A DNA stretch of 64,000 bases from the human T2T-CHM13v2.0 reference genome, Homo sapiens: assembly GCF_009914755.1 (NCBI RefSeq), contig NC_060937.1. The stretch is one strand, 5' to 3'. The notes below the pieces were generated by a model. The model was not told the origin of the DNA. It ran no database searches and worked only from the letters and a program-made list of their open reading frames with translations. Made by a program: the position numbers and the translations under genes. This document shows, piece by piece, positions 1 through 17,585 of this stretch; the stretch's first letter is position 1, and each line of letters begins with the position of its first letter.

Positions 1-1845
1 AGAAGAAAAGCCACAGACTAGGGGAACATATTTGCACAAGACGTGTCTGATAAAGGACTGTTCTCCAGAATATACAAAGAAATCTTAGTCAACAATAAAA
101 AAAAAAACCTGATTTTTTAAATGAGCAAAAGGCCTGAACATATATATCACCAAAGAAAATATACAGAAGGCAAATAAGCATCTGAAAGGATGCTCCCCAT
201 CATGCATCATTAGGGAAATGCAAACGACAATGGGATAGGATACCACTACATGCCTGTTAGCGTGGCCGACATCCAAAACATTGACAACACCAATGCTGGG
301 GAGGATGTGGAGCCATAAAAATTCTCACTGGTTGCTGGTAGAAATGCAAAATGGTACAGACACTTTGGAACACAGTTTAGCAGTTTCTCACAAAACTAAA
401 CTTACTCTTATTATATGACACAGGAATCCTGCTCTTCAGTATGCACCCAAGTGAGCTGAAAAATTCTGTCCACACAAAAACCTGCACAATGATGTTTCTA
501 GCAGCTTTATTCATCATTGTCAAAACAGGGAAGCAACCAAGATATCCTTTGGTATGTGAGTGGATCAGTAAACTGTGGTACATCCAGACAATGGAATATT
601 ATTCAGTGTGGAAAAGAAATGAGTTATCAAGCCATGAATAGTCATGGAGGAAACAGAAATCCATATTACTGAGTGAAAGAAGCTGATTGGAAAAGGTATG
701 ATTCCAACTATGTGGCATTCTAGGGAAAAAAAAAAACCACTATGAGGACAGTAAAAAGGTCAGTTGTTGCCAGGGGTAGAGGGAGGGAGGGATGATTAAA
801 TAGAACATAAAGTTTTTAGTACATTGAAACTATTCTATGTGATACTCATTGGTGGATATATGTCATTAGACATTTTCAAAGTCGATAAAATATACAACAC
901 TAGTATTCCAAGAACCAAGCCGGGTCCAGCCTCATTTTTCTCCAGGCCCAATAATGAGAAGCAGACAAACTAGGAAAGAAGAGAATTTATTGCTGTAACC
1001 GGATACAGGGAGAAAGCCAGAGATAAATAATTCCACCAGACCAACTCAAAGTGTTACAGTTTTCTTAGTGCTTACATAGGTTGGGGTTATGTGCCCACCT
1101 GCAGTATAGCATTCGCCTGTCTATAGGTAACTAATTTTGTTTTACTAGAAGGTCAGAGGCCAAAAAATGGTTGCTAAGTCCGATTAAGCTGTGAAGGCCC
1201 CAGTACCTTCAAGGCCTGTCTACTGTGGTACCGGAGTGATTATTTCTAATTCATCTTCTTTACAGCTTGGTCCAGAGAGCTGCCTTATACTCTACAATGA
1301 ATCTATTCAAACAGCTGCCTCTGTTACCTTGACTCGTCTCAGATTTTTGTCAACCCGAGAAGGGTTTTCTGGCACTACGAATATAAGACTGTCTATTATT
1401 TTGGCTTGCTCCTGTTTAGGGAGAAGCCCATTCAAGGCTCCTACTGACTAAATATTTTATTTCTAGCTTTGATGTCTGGGCACTGATTTCCTAGGTTTAA
1501 CTATTTGCTCAATGTTAAGGCAGTGCTGTGGAAATTTATCTGTGTAACTGAAGTGCTACGCAGGCCTGTGTGACTGTCATACAGGCCTGTCTGTGTGATT
1601 GTCAGGGAGAATTGGCCTGGCACACTAAGAGTGAACACAGGGGTGTAAACTATGGACTTGGGGTGATAATGATTGTCAGTGTAGGTTCACCGTTTGCAAC
1701 AAATGTACCGCTGAGGGGCAGGATGTTGATAGTGAGGGAGGCTGGGCCTGCACGTAGAGGGGTTCTGGGAGTATACAGGAACCCTCTATACTTTCTGCTC
1801 CATTTTGCTATGAACCTAACACTGCTCCAAAAATAAAATATATTT
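1..1845 (+). mobile_element. Old L1 (L1MC1-like) ORF2 3' end and 3'UTR, interrupted by an LTR at 904-1624
   Basis: Degenerate L1 ORF2 C-terminal coding (KTCTMMFLAALFIIVKTGKQP..WYIQTMEYY). The L1MC 3'UTR 'agagtgaac..gtaaactatggacttggggtgataatg..gaacctaacactgctccaaaaataaa' resumes exactly after the LTR. Confidence 0.9.
904..1624 (-). mobile_element. ERV1-class solo LTR (MER39/LTR48-like group) inserted in L1MC
   Basis: Reverse complement starts tgtgccaggccaattctccctgacaatcacacag. Flanked by 4-bp ctag/ctaa duplication. Splits the L1 consensus cleanly. Confidence 0.75.
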
Positions 1846-1899
1846 AAAAGGGCAAAAATTCTAAAATTAGGGCAGATATAAGCTTGAGGAATAAAATAA

Positions 1900-2256
<357 letters not shown>

Positions 2257-3289
2257 AACTTGTTCTATTTTAATAAAAGATTTTCTATATTTTCATGAAA
2301 AATCTTTCTTTAAATCCTCATTCCTAGTAAATACATTTTTATTTTTGCTTGCCCACTAAATATTAAAAATTGGGAAGTTTTTAAGAATGATATTGAAAAT
2401 ATTTTCTATATCTTTTTGTTTGCCTAAATGTCTGTGGTCAGGATCTTTTTTGTAGTTAAACCTATTTAACTTCTTCCTTAGTGACTAAATGAAAGAATAA
2501 AAACATTTTCACTATTCTCTGACCCAATAAGCCTATGAATGTTGTGTCATTTTAATGGGCCAAATATTTGGAATAAAATCTTGTGATTGGAGAAATGAGA
2601 TATAGATTTGATGGAAAAGAAATTGCTTATGAACAAACAATGACATGAATTTTTATGTAATAATGTGAACATATACAAATTTACTGCATACTAAGTTTAT
2701 CATTGAGAAGGCTGATTCATAGACTCATAGGTGGTGCAATTGTGGTGAAGAATGAAACATTCTACCAAGGTCACAGTATTGCTAATGACAGCCTTCTGGT
2801 AACCTGTGATACCCCGGTCCCCTCAGCTAAATTTATCTTATCCATTCTTAATGATAGGAAACACTAGGATTTATTTTACTTTGTGTTAAAGCATGTGTGC
2901 CTTTCTAAAAGGCCTCTTTTAGAAAAGTCTTGGCCGTGCCTGAAGGTATTAACTATAGCAGACCTCCAGGGATAAGAAACACTTGTTCAGCTCTAATTAT
3001 TTTATCAGGTGTCAGCCTCGCTGCCTAAATGCCTAAATTCTAAAGCAAGTCAGTTGCCTTTCAATCAACAAGACAGAACCATCTACACCTGACAGATCCC
3101 CATCAGAAAACCCATGGAGACAATTGCTTCTCCAGAAGGATCAGAACAGGCTAGTCATTTATTTCCTGAGATTCTCTAACTTTCACCTTTTTTTCATTCT
3201 GATCATAAGAAAAAGATATGCATGTGCTATATTACATTAACTCTTCCAGTGTAGCAATGTGTTCTCAGAACTACAATTTAATATTTTAC

Positions 3290-3386
3290 CTGGTAATCCC
3301 AGCACTTTGGGAGACCAAGGCGAGAGGATCGCTTGAGGCCAGGAGTTCAAGAGCAGCCTGGGCAATATAGTGAGACCTCATCTCTG
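3290..3386 (+). mobile_element. Alu left monomer / FLAM fragment
   Basis: gtaatcccagcactttgggag..gaggccaggagttcaagagcagcctgggcaatatagtgagacc. Confidence 0.9.
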
Positions 3387-4553
3387 TTTATTTTTTTTTA
3401 AAATGTACTTTGCCTTGTATCTGGAGAAGTGTGTGAAATAATGTTACCTTAGACATTGCTTCATTTGTTGTTAATATATCAAGAGAGTTTGTTATGAACT
3501 TCTATTCTGCCACATGAGAAATTCTTCTGAGTTCAGAACTAGGACATGTTGGCCATTTCTAGTAATTTAGCATTCTATATCAAATAATAGTTATTTAACT
3601 CAGCACCATTGTCTTTTCACCCTGGCTGCCAGGAAGCTAAGTGATTTTTATGGCCATAGCTTCAGTAGCCTTGTCCGCTTCCCATCTCTTGTCATTTTGC
3701 CCTTGTTTTCATTTTACAAAAATTCACTTTATCTCTCCAATATGACAAAACACTTTACAAACTCAAAGGCAATAAATCCCAGGCATGTTCGCTGAGCAGT
3801 TATGATGTGGTCATCCATGGCACTGAATGAGAACAAAAGTCAGATTCAAGATCCTGTTGGAGGATCTTGGAGACTCACAGCAAGTCAGACACCCAAGCTA
3901 CAACTGTCAGAAAATTAAGTACATAGTATAACAGAAATAGATACAAGTTGCAGTGGGAATAGAGATGGAAAATATCTGTGTTTTGTTAGAGGAGAACTAG
4001 AAGACTTCACAAGAATGTGAACTCTTAACCTGGGTCTGGAAGGATGAGTAGGACATCGCAAGAAAGTATGTTTGTAATGTACAATGGGTCCTGAATCCCA
4101 GGATACAAATTCAAGATATATAAAACTTAATATCATTTTTCTGTAACCAAATGCATCTCATTTGACTCTGGTACTGTGGTTTAATCTGAGCAAGTTGGTC
4201 TCTATCCTATGAGCCCATGAAATGTTCATTTGATTTAGGGAGTTCAAGAAAATAGCGGTTCTGATTCATTTAATATTCTTTTAAATATAGTGTTTCCTGC
4301 CTGGATGTTGACTTTTGAAACTCAGATATTAGGTATTTGATTCTTTTAATTCTCTTTGTATTTTTGATGTGTCATCCCTTCCCAGAGGTAATAACAGGAA
4401 GATAAAATGCAGAAAAAGGGGAAACCAGGTATTATTGTGCCCAGCATTGAGTGCCATAACAAAACAACATCTCTTAGTTGAGAGAGGCCTCAGTGGCAAG
4501 GGACCTTAGATATTATCTCTGTCAAGCTCCTTCACCCTCATTTTATGGAGTAG

Positions 4554-4923
<370 letters not shown>

Positions 4924-7014
4924 TGTGGACTGCACTTTTAACTCCAGCCTCAGCAGTATTCCAGATCTCTTCAATATTTCTTTAATCTGCAGCACTAAAG
5001 AATTGCCAAAGGAGTTCGTTACAACATATCAATGATGCATCATATTTCAGGGCTTTATTGTCAGAGATTCAAATACAGAATGCGTTTTTACCAAGTGCTT
5101 CAGGTGAGACTAATGCAAAGGACCTGCCCTTTCAAGTACACACAGTGAAAGTCTGAACTCCATAAGGACAGAAGCCGATTTTTGTTAATCTTTTTATGCC
5201 CAGTGCCTACATAGCACGTATTGTATAGAAAATGTGTAACGTTGAATGCATGCAAACTGTATTTCTAAAAATACACACCACCTTCGTTTGTTGTTTGTTT
5301 CTAGCAAAAGCACTGACAAATTTATTCTTTACTGGAATATTTTGAATTGTTATCTTCGAATTGTTATGTTTCTGCATTTCTTTATAGATCAAGCTTCTCA
5401 ATACAAAGCCCAGATCAAGCTTTTCAACACAAAAAGCCAACAGCCTCAACAAAATCCTAGGAAGCAGAATTCAAGCAGTAAAGGATAATGTTTTGTTTAA
5501 GTTGTCAGTGTTCACCCTTCAAAAATGTAAAATATAATTCCAAATCAAAATCCAAGTTGCTTTTCTTTTTGGTATTTTGCTATTTATTGTAGCATTACCT
5601 TTATTTGTGAGGAAAATATATTGAAGGTTTTTTTCTCATTAAATATGTAACTATGAAATATTTAGGTCTACAAAATGAATTTCTCTATATTTTATGAACA
5701 AAATATCCTAGAAAAGAGAGACTTTTTAAATAAATGAAGATTAGTGAGGATAATTATTTCACATAGAAAAATTACATTTATTGGCTTCTAAGACCTAATC
5801 TACTCAATAACATAAGTTATGATACCTTAATAACTGAGGAAAATAGACACAAGTAAAAAAAACACGAGGAGAGAAGTCTACATGTAAGTATTCTGAGGTC
5901 AGGACTTTTTCAACTTTATCACAAAATTCACAGGGTGGATAAATAGTATTTCCACATTTTATAAAGGTTTCGAGGAAGCCTCAGTATAATCAACCCCTAA
6001 CATATTATCTTCTAGATAGCCAAGTTCTGTAGCTCACAACACATGGCCCCTGCCTTCCAACTGTAATTAACATAATCTGGTTATCTTATTCTGTAAAAAT
6101 TACAAAAGTCCATTTCAGTGGGGTAATTGCAGGTGAGTGATATCCAAGACTGAGAAAATGTAGATTATTAGATTTAGCAAAATGTTATAGCATGATTCAT
6201 ATTTGTTGATTGTGAAAATGCTTTTGGGAGATTGAATTAGCAGAAAGAAGACCTTTTACAAGGCTCAGAGAAAATAATCTCAGGAGTGTAACATTGGAAT
6301 GAATTTGCAGATCTAAATGAGCATGTCTAAAAATTAATATAACAAAAGAAGAGTGGTACATAAAAGTAGAAAGTCAGCAAATAAGCCAGATTGATTTTGA
6401 CATTTGACGAGCAACTATTATAGTGAAAGTAATCATGAAAATACAAGCTGACTGTGTTTTTAGTGATTAATTCTGGCTAGAGTATGACAAGTATCCAGAT
6501 ATTCAGACAAAAGCAAAAATGCTAATTTGCCTGAAACATATTTTTTCAGTGTAATTTGAATCATTGTTTTCCTATATTCCTAAACTTTCTCCAGATGGTT
6601 CATAATTTTGCTTTTAGAGTAATTGTTTTGTTTTTAAACTTCCACCTTATCTTTTCTCATAAAGCAACACTCATGACCAGAGCCCAGAACATAATACTAA
6701 AATCACATTTCTTAAAAGTATTCTACTTAAAGGACACATCTTCAATTCAATTGAAACTAAGTCTTACACAATGGAATGATTCTCAAATTATTTAAAGTGA
6801 ATTACTGGTGGCAGCATTGGTGTTAAGGGAAAGACCATTGGAACAGGCATACATTACAACCAAAAGCCCTATTCCTCCTACCATAATTGGCCATCTATCT
6901 GGGGCAATGTAGCTTAGATAAAAGAAAACCTACTAAAGGTTTTGGCCGTAACTACATTTGTACAAGAAGATTCTGGTAAAATGTCAGGACTTCACCATCC
7001 AGCCCATTGGTTAC

Positions 7015-7438
7015 TGATAAAGTTTTGATATGTGTCCCCTCCAGCTCTCATGCTGAAATGTGATTCCTAATGTTAGAGGTAGGACCTGGCAGGAGGTGAT
7101 TGGATCATGGGGGTGGATCCCTCAGGAATGGCTTTGAACCATTCCCTTGGTGATAAGACAGTTCTTGCCAGTTAGTTTACATGAAATCTAATTGTTCAAA
7201 AGTCTGGGACCTCCCCTCAACCCCTTTCTCTCGCTCTTGCTCTTACTATGTGACTCACTTGTTCCCTTTCACCTTCTGCCATGGTTGTAAGCTTCCTGAA
7301 GCCCTTACCAGAAGGCAAGCAGATGTTGGTGCCTTGCTTGTACAGCCTGCAGAACCATGAGCCAATTAAACCTCTTTTCTTCTTAAATTACCCAGTCTCA
7401 GGTATTTCTTTATAGTAACACAAAGACAGCCTAACACC
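7015..7438 (+). mobile_element. MaLR solo LTR (MSTB-like)
   Basis: tgata..tttgatatgtgtcccctcc..gagccaattaaacctcttttc..ctaacac. 5-bp TSD gttac/gtcac. Confidence 0.9.
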
Positions 7439-9791
7439 GTCACCTACTCTGCAGTTTTTCCCAGCAGCTTGTCTGATGCCAAAGCCACCCCTTTCATAGA
7501 TGGAAGCAAAGATGCCATTCTGGACAGTGAACAAAGTCACTGGGATAGGGTGTTAATTTTGTTCTTTCACAGCACATTGCAGCTTTCTTTGTGCAAAAAC
7601 AATATGGAAAAGGAATGGGAAGTAAAACATGCTGTACTGAAAAGACATAACACAATGTGTCAGTGGACAAGAACCATTTTAGAATAAAACAAATTTTATA
7701 TATTTCTCAAAAGTATATTTGTTCATCTAATAAAGTGATGGATATTAAAGGTAAATAATGGGGACGGGGACAAAAATTCTTCAGTCTCAGTAGACAATAT
7801 TAGAAAGTTTTCTTTCTCATAGAACTACAAAAAGGTGATTTGTGGTGTGATTTTCTCAACTTCGTCCCTACGCATATTATCTCTGTAAGATGAATCTTTT
7901 CTAAGACATGGATTGCCCTTTTATGCTGACTGCATGCGTGCGTATGCATAAAATGCCACATTTCCAATTAGGATGTGTATACTCAGGAAGGATGACATAT
8001 CAGGGCTGTCAGCCTAAAAGCCCTACAGCTCAGGAGAATTTTCCATATCACTCTGTGGACCTGCGAAGATTATGGGACTTATCTATTTGTTTTCTTCCTC
8101 TTCTCTTTTCTTACCTTTCATTCCAAAGTCAACCTCTCTCTCAAACTGTAGATATTGTTATTTTGGATAGCTCTAGAAATAAAGTGAATTTGGTGATCTC
8201 TTTTACCAAAATTTAAATAATGTTTTCTCTTATCCCAGTAAGATGCACTCCCTGTTTCCCTGTTTTTCCCAACATCAGTTAGTTTCCAACAATTTAGCTT
8301 TTCATCTTCATATAGAAAAATGTGCTAACATATTATTGAAAAAGATTGCTTTATGTGGAAGAAACTACAAGGAGAAATTTGCATTTGAAGTTTAGTGCTT
8401 GATAATGTCTTCTTTGGACATCTTAAATATTTTGCACGTGGAAATGTTGCAAAACATGTTAGTGGTCCACCCATTTACTTAAATGACATCTAATAAGATA
8501 ATGATGTAAGATCTTCAGAAAGACATTTCAAGCCCTTGAGATAGAAATGCAGAGTTCAGAAATATACAGTCTTTTTCTGATAGTTTTAAAATTCTTATAT
8601 TGACAAACAGGGAAAAAGAAATAGGATGGGTGTGGAAATATTGGTATCAAGTTAGACTGTCAGGTAGAAATATAACTGATTTGAGTGTACTTTCAAACAG
8701 CTATATCAGTATTCAAATGCATAATTTAGATTTTCACTAGGTTCGACTTAATTGTGCATTAAATTATAAGGGATGAGGCCAGGTGTGTGAAGTTTGTAAG
8801 CTATGTGGCCAAGGTCGAGAATTTGTGTGCTGTTTTCTGAAAGCCTTGGTGATTCAAGCATCATAGATATGGATGCCTCCAAGTTTCTCGGAAAGTATCA
8901 TTCACATTTTTATTACTCTGAGAGAGTTAGATAAGATCACAGAACTTGAGGAGACACAGTAGACAATTCGGTCTGTTTTTTCTGCTAGTCTCATAGTAAT
9001 TACCATATTTTTTCCAGATTGAGCAATTAATAATGCATTCTAATGCTTTCCATTTGGTTCTCTACAACATTGCTGTTAATGTCCTCATCTTGCCATTAAA
9101 GTTTCTTTTCTCTAGTTTTCTAATCAGACCAAGATGGTCTTTTTAAAAGGAAAGAGGCAGTAACTAGCTAATTGACAAAGCACATTTGCTCTCCTTCAAA
9201 GCATGTTGCAAAGAACAAATCAGCCTGTAGCACTTAGTCCTTCTGATGATTTTGAGGGAGAAGGGATTTTATTATTCACAGTGGAAAAAATTAGACTATG
9301 AACAGGAAGGGCATTTCTTTTCCTAGCCTTATTTACTCAGTGTGAATGTGAGCTTACATTTAAGAATGCCTATTTTGTTTATCTGTTAAATTCTGACAAC
9401 ACCATTTTAATGCTATAATTGTTAGCTATTAAAGGCTTTAATTTTATTAAAAGATTAATGAAATAGATTTGTTAACTCATAGTAGGTTTTTTTTCTTTGT
9501 ATAACAGATTCTTGCTTTGAGAGATATTTATGCTCTCTTGCTAAATTAATGGAAACACAGAAAAGATTAAATGACTTTTTCAGGATCACATCAAAATTTA
9601 GTGGCTCAGCTCAAATCAGAAATCTAGATTACAGCCCTTTAAGCTTCAGGCCATGTAGTCTCTTATGTTCATAAAATAATAGTTCGCATAGTAAAGGAGA
9701 GACAGTGCAATTTATCTTTGCTGTTAGTCAATGCCATCAATTCACTCTATTCATTCCTCTTTGTTTTTTTTTTTTTTTTTGATTACTACAG

Positions 9792-9809
9792 AAAGATGTG
9801 TAACTACAG
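9792..9809 (+). other. Candidate 18-nt microexon
   Basis: Long T tract, then actacag|AAAGATGTGTAACTACAG|gtaaga. Length is a multiple of 3. Based on splice motifs only. Confidence 0.3.
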
Positions 9810-10250
9810 GTAAGACTTCAGTTGGCCTTAATAAAAATGTTTAATGCAGTATTAGATTCTAATATAAAATTTAGTTCTTGAATATAAATTAGGAAAATGT
9901 ATATTCAAGAGATAGAAGATTTTTAAATTCTCATTACAAAAGAAAAGAATAAATTACTTTGATAAATGATCAGGGAAAATTTCAACACTTAGAAATGACA
10001 TCTATGTATGTTACTCTAATCCATTTTGAAAGAACAATCAGCATTATTCAAGTTTTATAAAATACATGAATGAGAACTGGTTATTGCCCTCAATGAACTT
10101 ACAGTCATTTAGGGAGGATAGAACAAGTCCCTGCAAACAAAAACTAATAGTGCAAGACTAGGCATGATTAAGCACTAAATTCTGTTTTATGGGCTGACTT
10201 TGCTTTCGATGAGAAATCAGAAGAGATGGAAGAATAACTGCTGCTGAGAA

Positions 10251-12645
<2,395 letters not shown>

Positions 12646-12904
12646 AAGAATAACTGCTGCTGAGAATAACTGGGAGTGTTTCTTCAATAAGTTCAAAGTT
12701 AAACTAGATCTCAGTGGTTGGGAAACAATTTGAGAAAAGGAGGAGAGACGTTATAGGTGGGGTATGCAAGACTAAGCATAGGCTGTTTCTGAGGTAGTAC
12801 CAGATAGCTACGAGCTAGTGAGCAAAATGAAGTCTACATGCTCATTTGGTTATCAATTCAGCAAATATTTACAGAGATCCTACTACGCTAGATACTGACA
12901 GCAC

Positions 12905-12975
12905 AGAAAGAAAGAAAGAAAAGAAAGAAAGAAGGAAAGAAAAGGAAAGAAAGAAAGAGAAAGAAAGAAAGAAAG
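12905..12975. repeat. (GAAA)n-rich microsatellite
   Basis: gaaagaaagaaagaaaagaaag... Confidence 0.95.
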
Positions 12976-12991
12976 ACAAAATTCCTATTTT

Positions 12992-13440
12992 ATGTATGGC
13001 CCCAGCGGGAAGCACATGGCATACCTAAACAGAGTAAGAGAGGAGAGCATAATAAAAAGGTTTATTTACAAAGATGCTAGTGGGTTTTAGGGAAACCAGC
13101 AAAGGATAGTATAATGCTGTATGGCTAGCAATAGTGGAAAGCAGTTAATATTTCTAGATTTGAAGGGACAGTGGGCGGGAGAAGTTACTGAAACTCACAG
13201 GGAGTAGATGCAGGAAAAGGGCTGCCTCACAAGAGACGTAGCCTTCAGCAGAGTCTCACAGTCAACTTGCAGTAACGAGCCGGAAGGAAATCTGGTGAAT
13301 AAATAGGGCCTTGCCCCAATCTCTTAATTTCCTGTTAATGTTTCCCACTAGCTAACTCCAACTGGAAGGCAACAGGGCCACTTTGATACAGTCACTGCAG
13401 GTCAATGCTGGGGCATAGCATATAGTGAAGAGCAGCACAG
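12992..13440 (-). mobile_element. Old ERVL-class LTR (LTR33/LTR16-like)
   Basis: cccagcgggaagcacatggcatac..ataataaaaaggtttatttacaaagatg..gggaaaccagcaaaggatagt..ggctagcaatag. Confidence 0.6.
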
Positions 13441-13444
13441 TGTG

Positions 13445-14463
13445 TGTATCAGGGATCCAGCAGAGAAGCACGAGGATGGAGAGACACACACACAGAGATT
13501 TATATAAATATATATAATTGATATTCATGTGTAATTTGAGGGTATTAATTTATATAAGTATAAATTAATATAAATATAATTTATTTATAATAAGCTGACA
13601 GGCTGGAAACTCTAGAGGAGAATCTGATGCTGAAGTCCACATGTAGAATTTCTTCCTCCTCAGGGAAACCTCAGTTTTGCTCTTAAGAACTTGCAATGGA
13701 TTAGATGAGGCCTGCATAGATTATCAAGAATAGTCTCTGTTACTTAAAATGAATTAAATATAGACGTTAACAAGATCTTTAAAAAATCTTCATAGTAATA
13801 CATAGACTCATGTTTAATTAAAAAACTGCTTGCTATAGCCAAGCCAAGTTGACTCATAGAAGTAGTCATTGCTATAGGACCAACAGGACCATACACCCAC
13901 TGCTCAGGAACAGACCAACACCCTCAGACAGCAGGGATGCATCAGAGATAGAGTTTAACGATCACAGGAGTCAACCAAGGAGATGGGAGGAGACCCTGAA
14001 ATCCATCTCCCAGAGGGGCTGGGGTAATCATAGAGGACGAAAGGCTGGAAAATTGAGGTCGCTGGTTGGGGAAAGAGGGATGAAATCATCAGGATGTGGA
14101 AACTTCATTCTTTAGTGAGTCAGATTCTCATGGCATCCTTCAGACCAGCTGACGTCAGTAGTTTCACTGGTGCATAGGCCTTGAAAGAATATCTCAAATG
14201 GAAAACTTCATAATTTATAACGTTCAAGTTGTTATCTGCAAAACAGTTATGGAGAACTCTAATCTTCTAACAGGGCTACATGATTCCGAGGCAATAGAAT
14301 CAAACAGCTATGAAGACCAAACAGCTCAGAGGACGCAGGTCAGAGAGCCAGCTGCCTAAAGATCAATGCTGAGTGGGCTGCAAGCTTGGTTTATTTTCTT
14401 TTCTCTCCCTCCCTTCCTCCTGATCAATTTTATAAAGTTTATAAGGATGGTTTCACCATAACA
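13445..14463 (-). mobile_element. MLT2 (ERVL) LTR, MLT2D-like, with its terminus split by an ERV1 LTR
   Basis: agaatttcttcctcctcagggaaacctcagttttgctcttaag..gccaagttgactcata. Final 'ccataaca' lies after the insert. Confidence 0.8.
13870..14455 (-). mobile_element. ERV1-class solo LTR (LTR49/LTR35-like)
   Basis: TG...CA termini. Reverse complement begins tgaaaccatccttataaactttataaaattgatcagg. 4-bp TSD tcat/ccat. Confidence 0.8.
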
Positions 14464-15499
14464 GTCTCTATTCTTACGGAGCTTATATTTTTTATAAGAG
14501 AATACAGAAAATTTTAAAAATTATATATACCCTTCAATTGATGATAACTGCTCAGGAGGATAAAGCAGAATATATTGATCAGGAGGGAGGAGAGATGCTG
14601 TTTTAGACAGGATGGTCATGGACATATGTAATCCGCTGATATGTGTGCTGAGACCTGAATAAAGCTAGAAAGTAAGTTGCACAGATCTCAGGAAATTGTT
14701 CCAGGAAGATGGCTCCAGCAAAGGCCTGGGCTTGCTCTGTTCAAGGATGAGCAAGGAGGCCGGTTGCTGGAGCTGAAGCAGCATGCAAAGAGTAAGAAAA
14801 TGAGATCCGATGATAACATGAAGTCAGATTAGGACCTTTCAAGTGAGTTAAGGATCTTGGATTATATTTTGAGGGAAATAGAAAGCAGTTAAACCATTTC
14901 AAGCTGAAAAGTAATTTGACCTTTTTTTTTTTTTAATGAACTTCTTTGATCTTTGGGTAGAGAAAAGACCATGGGCATCAGGAGTTGAAGCAGGAAACAT
15001 GTGGAGTGCTTTAGTCTCAGTCCAGGACTGGATGAGCATTGTGGTGATAAAGACCATAATATACTCTGAAAGTAAAGTCAACATGATTGCTTCCTAGATA
15101 TAACACATACAAGAAAGAGAGAAGTCAAAGTTGGCTTGATATTTGGCCTTAGCAACTGAATTAGTAAAATTACTATTTGCTGAGATGCAAAAGACTAGAA
15201 AGGGGCAGGTTTGGGGTTGGGAGAATGAGGATTCAGGAGTTCTAATTGGAAATGATTAGTGTCTATTGGACATCCAGTTGGAAATGTTGAATAGGCTATT
15301 TGTGTCTGGAGTTCAGGAGAGAGGTCAGGGCTATAGATGTAAGTTTAATAGTTACTGACATAAATATATTGGGAGGAAAAAGAAAGAAAAACCAATAGGT
15401 TTAAAGCGGTAATTTATGATAGATTAGCGGCCCTTAACAGTGAGGCGGAATAGCATAGACTTCAGGGTTTCTTACATTAGCAGTTTACGCATTTGCCTC

Positions 15500-15648
15500 A
15501 CTTATTACACTGTGAGCTCCTTAAGAGAAGAAATGGTGCCTTATTCATTTTGGATATTTAGCACACAGCTAAATAGCTAGTACATCATGGCCTGTTGGTA
15601 ACTATTTATTGAATGAATGAATGAAGAATGAATGAATGAATGAATGAG
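15500..15648 (+). mobile_element. L2 3' end with (GAAT)n tail
   Basis: ctgtgagctccttaag..tatttattgaatgaatgaatgaag. Confidence 0.75.
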
Positions 15649-16184
15649 TTAACTAATTGAAAGAAATTATAATGTTAAGAACTAGAGCAGAAGCTAGAAA
15701 GCAGCTACACTCATATCACAGAAAGTTTTTTAAATGTATGGAAATCCTTGACAAGTAGAAAAATAATATATAGGTGACTTGTTGCTAAACATTATATGAG
15801 ATGTAAAAATAAAAGGATACTATTGTCCTCAAGGGACAAACAACAGGCATTGAATAAAAAAGAAAATGAATGAATAAAAAAACATAATTAATGGTATCAC
15901 AATTTAAAGGTGCATATGACTACTTCCAGCTAAAGTAATCATGGGCCACTCTATAAAAGAAGTAAGATTGGAATGGGAACTTCAAGAATAATTAATCTTT
16001 TTAACATATAATTGAGGAACCACATTTTAGACAATCAAAATATGAAGGTGTAGTAAGTATTCTAACATGGCTAGTATACAGGGAATAAATCAGGAAGTAT
16101 AATAGTAGGAGATAAGACTGGCCTTGAATACCTAGGTAAACATATGAATGATATTTAATGGGTAATATTAATAAGTATTAATAT

Positions 16185-17040
<856 letters not shown>

Positions 17041-17585
17041 TATAGGAACTACAGAGGAGTCACATGAACAGGTAATTCCATAGAATGCTAATTTGATGGC
17101 AATACAATGATTTCATGATTTGCAAATAAATAACATAAAAACTCAACTCATAAAATATCTTTAGAATAACACTTTGGGTAAATGTCTTTATTATCTAAAT
17201 GTTGTCTATAAATCAATAATTTAAAAAACATCAAGAGAAAAATGGCCTAGAAACTTAAAAAATAAATACATATTATAAATACAAATGTTCTATTTACATG
17301 AAAAATGTTCTATCTTACTAGTATTCTAAAACTGTGAGCTAAAACATTAAAAAGTATAGATTTTTCTCTTTAAATTAGATTTTTAAAAAATACCTCTTAC
17401 TATTGAAGAGTTGTGGTAGTTAGAGGAGAAAGTATTATAACACTCCTGAAAAGAAATTTAGCATCATGCTTTAGCAGCCTTATAATAGTCAATGATCCTA
17501 TAATTATACCTCCAGGAATGTATCTTAAGAAAATAATCAGCAATACCATGAAAGATCTATATATAAAGACTTTCATAGCAGTGTT

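Larger units (their letters stand above)
12840..15370 (-). mobile_element. Fragmented L2 hosting nested LTRs
   Basis: ttcagcaaatatttacagag..aagacaaaattcct resumes after 14463 as gtctctattcttacggagcttatatt. Further L2 motifs such as 'tctattggacatccagttggaaatgttgaataggc'. Confidence 0.7.

Noticed and set aside
6128-6140. Isolated strong donor motifs (gcag|gtgagt; also near 5103 and 26330)
   Set aside because: No convincing paired acceptor or open frame, and the frequency is compatible with chance.
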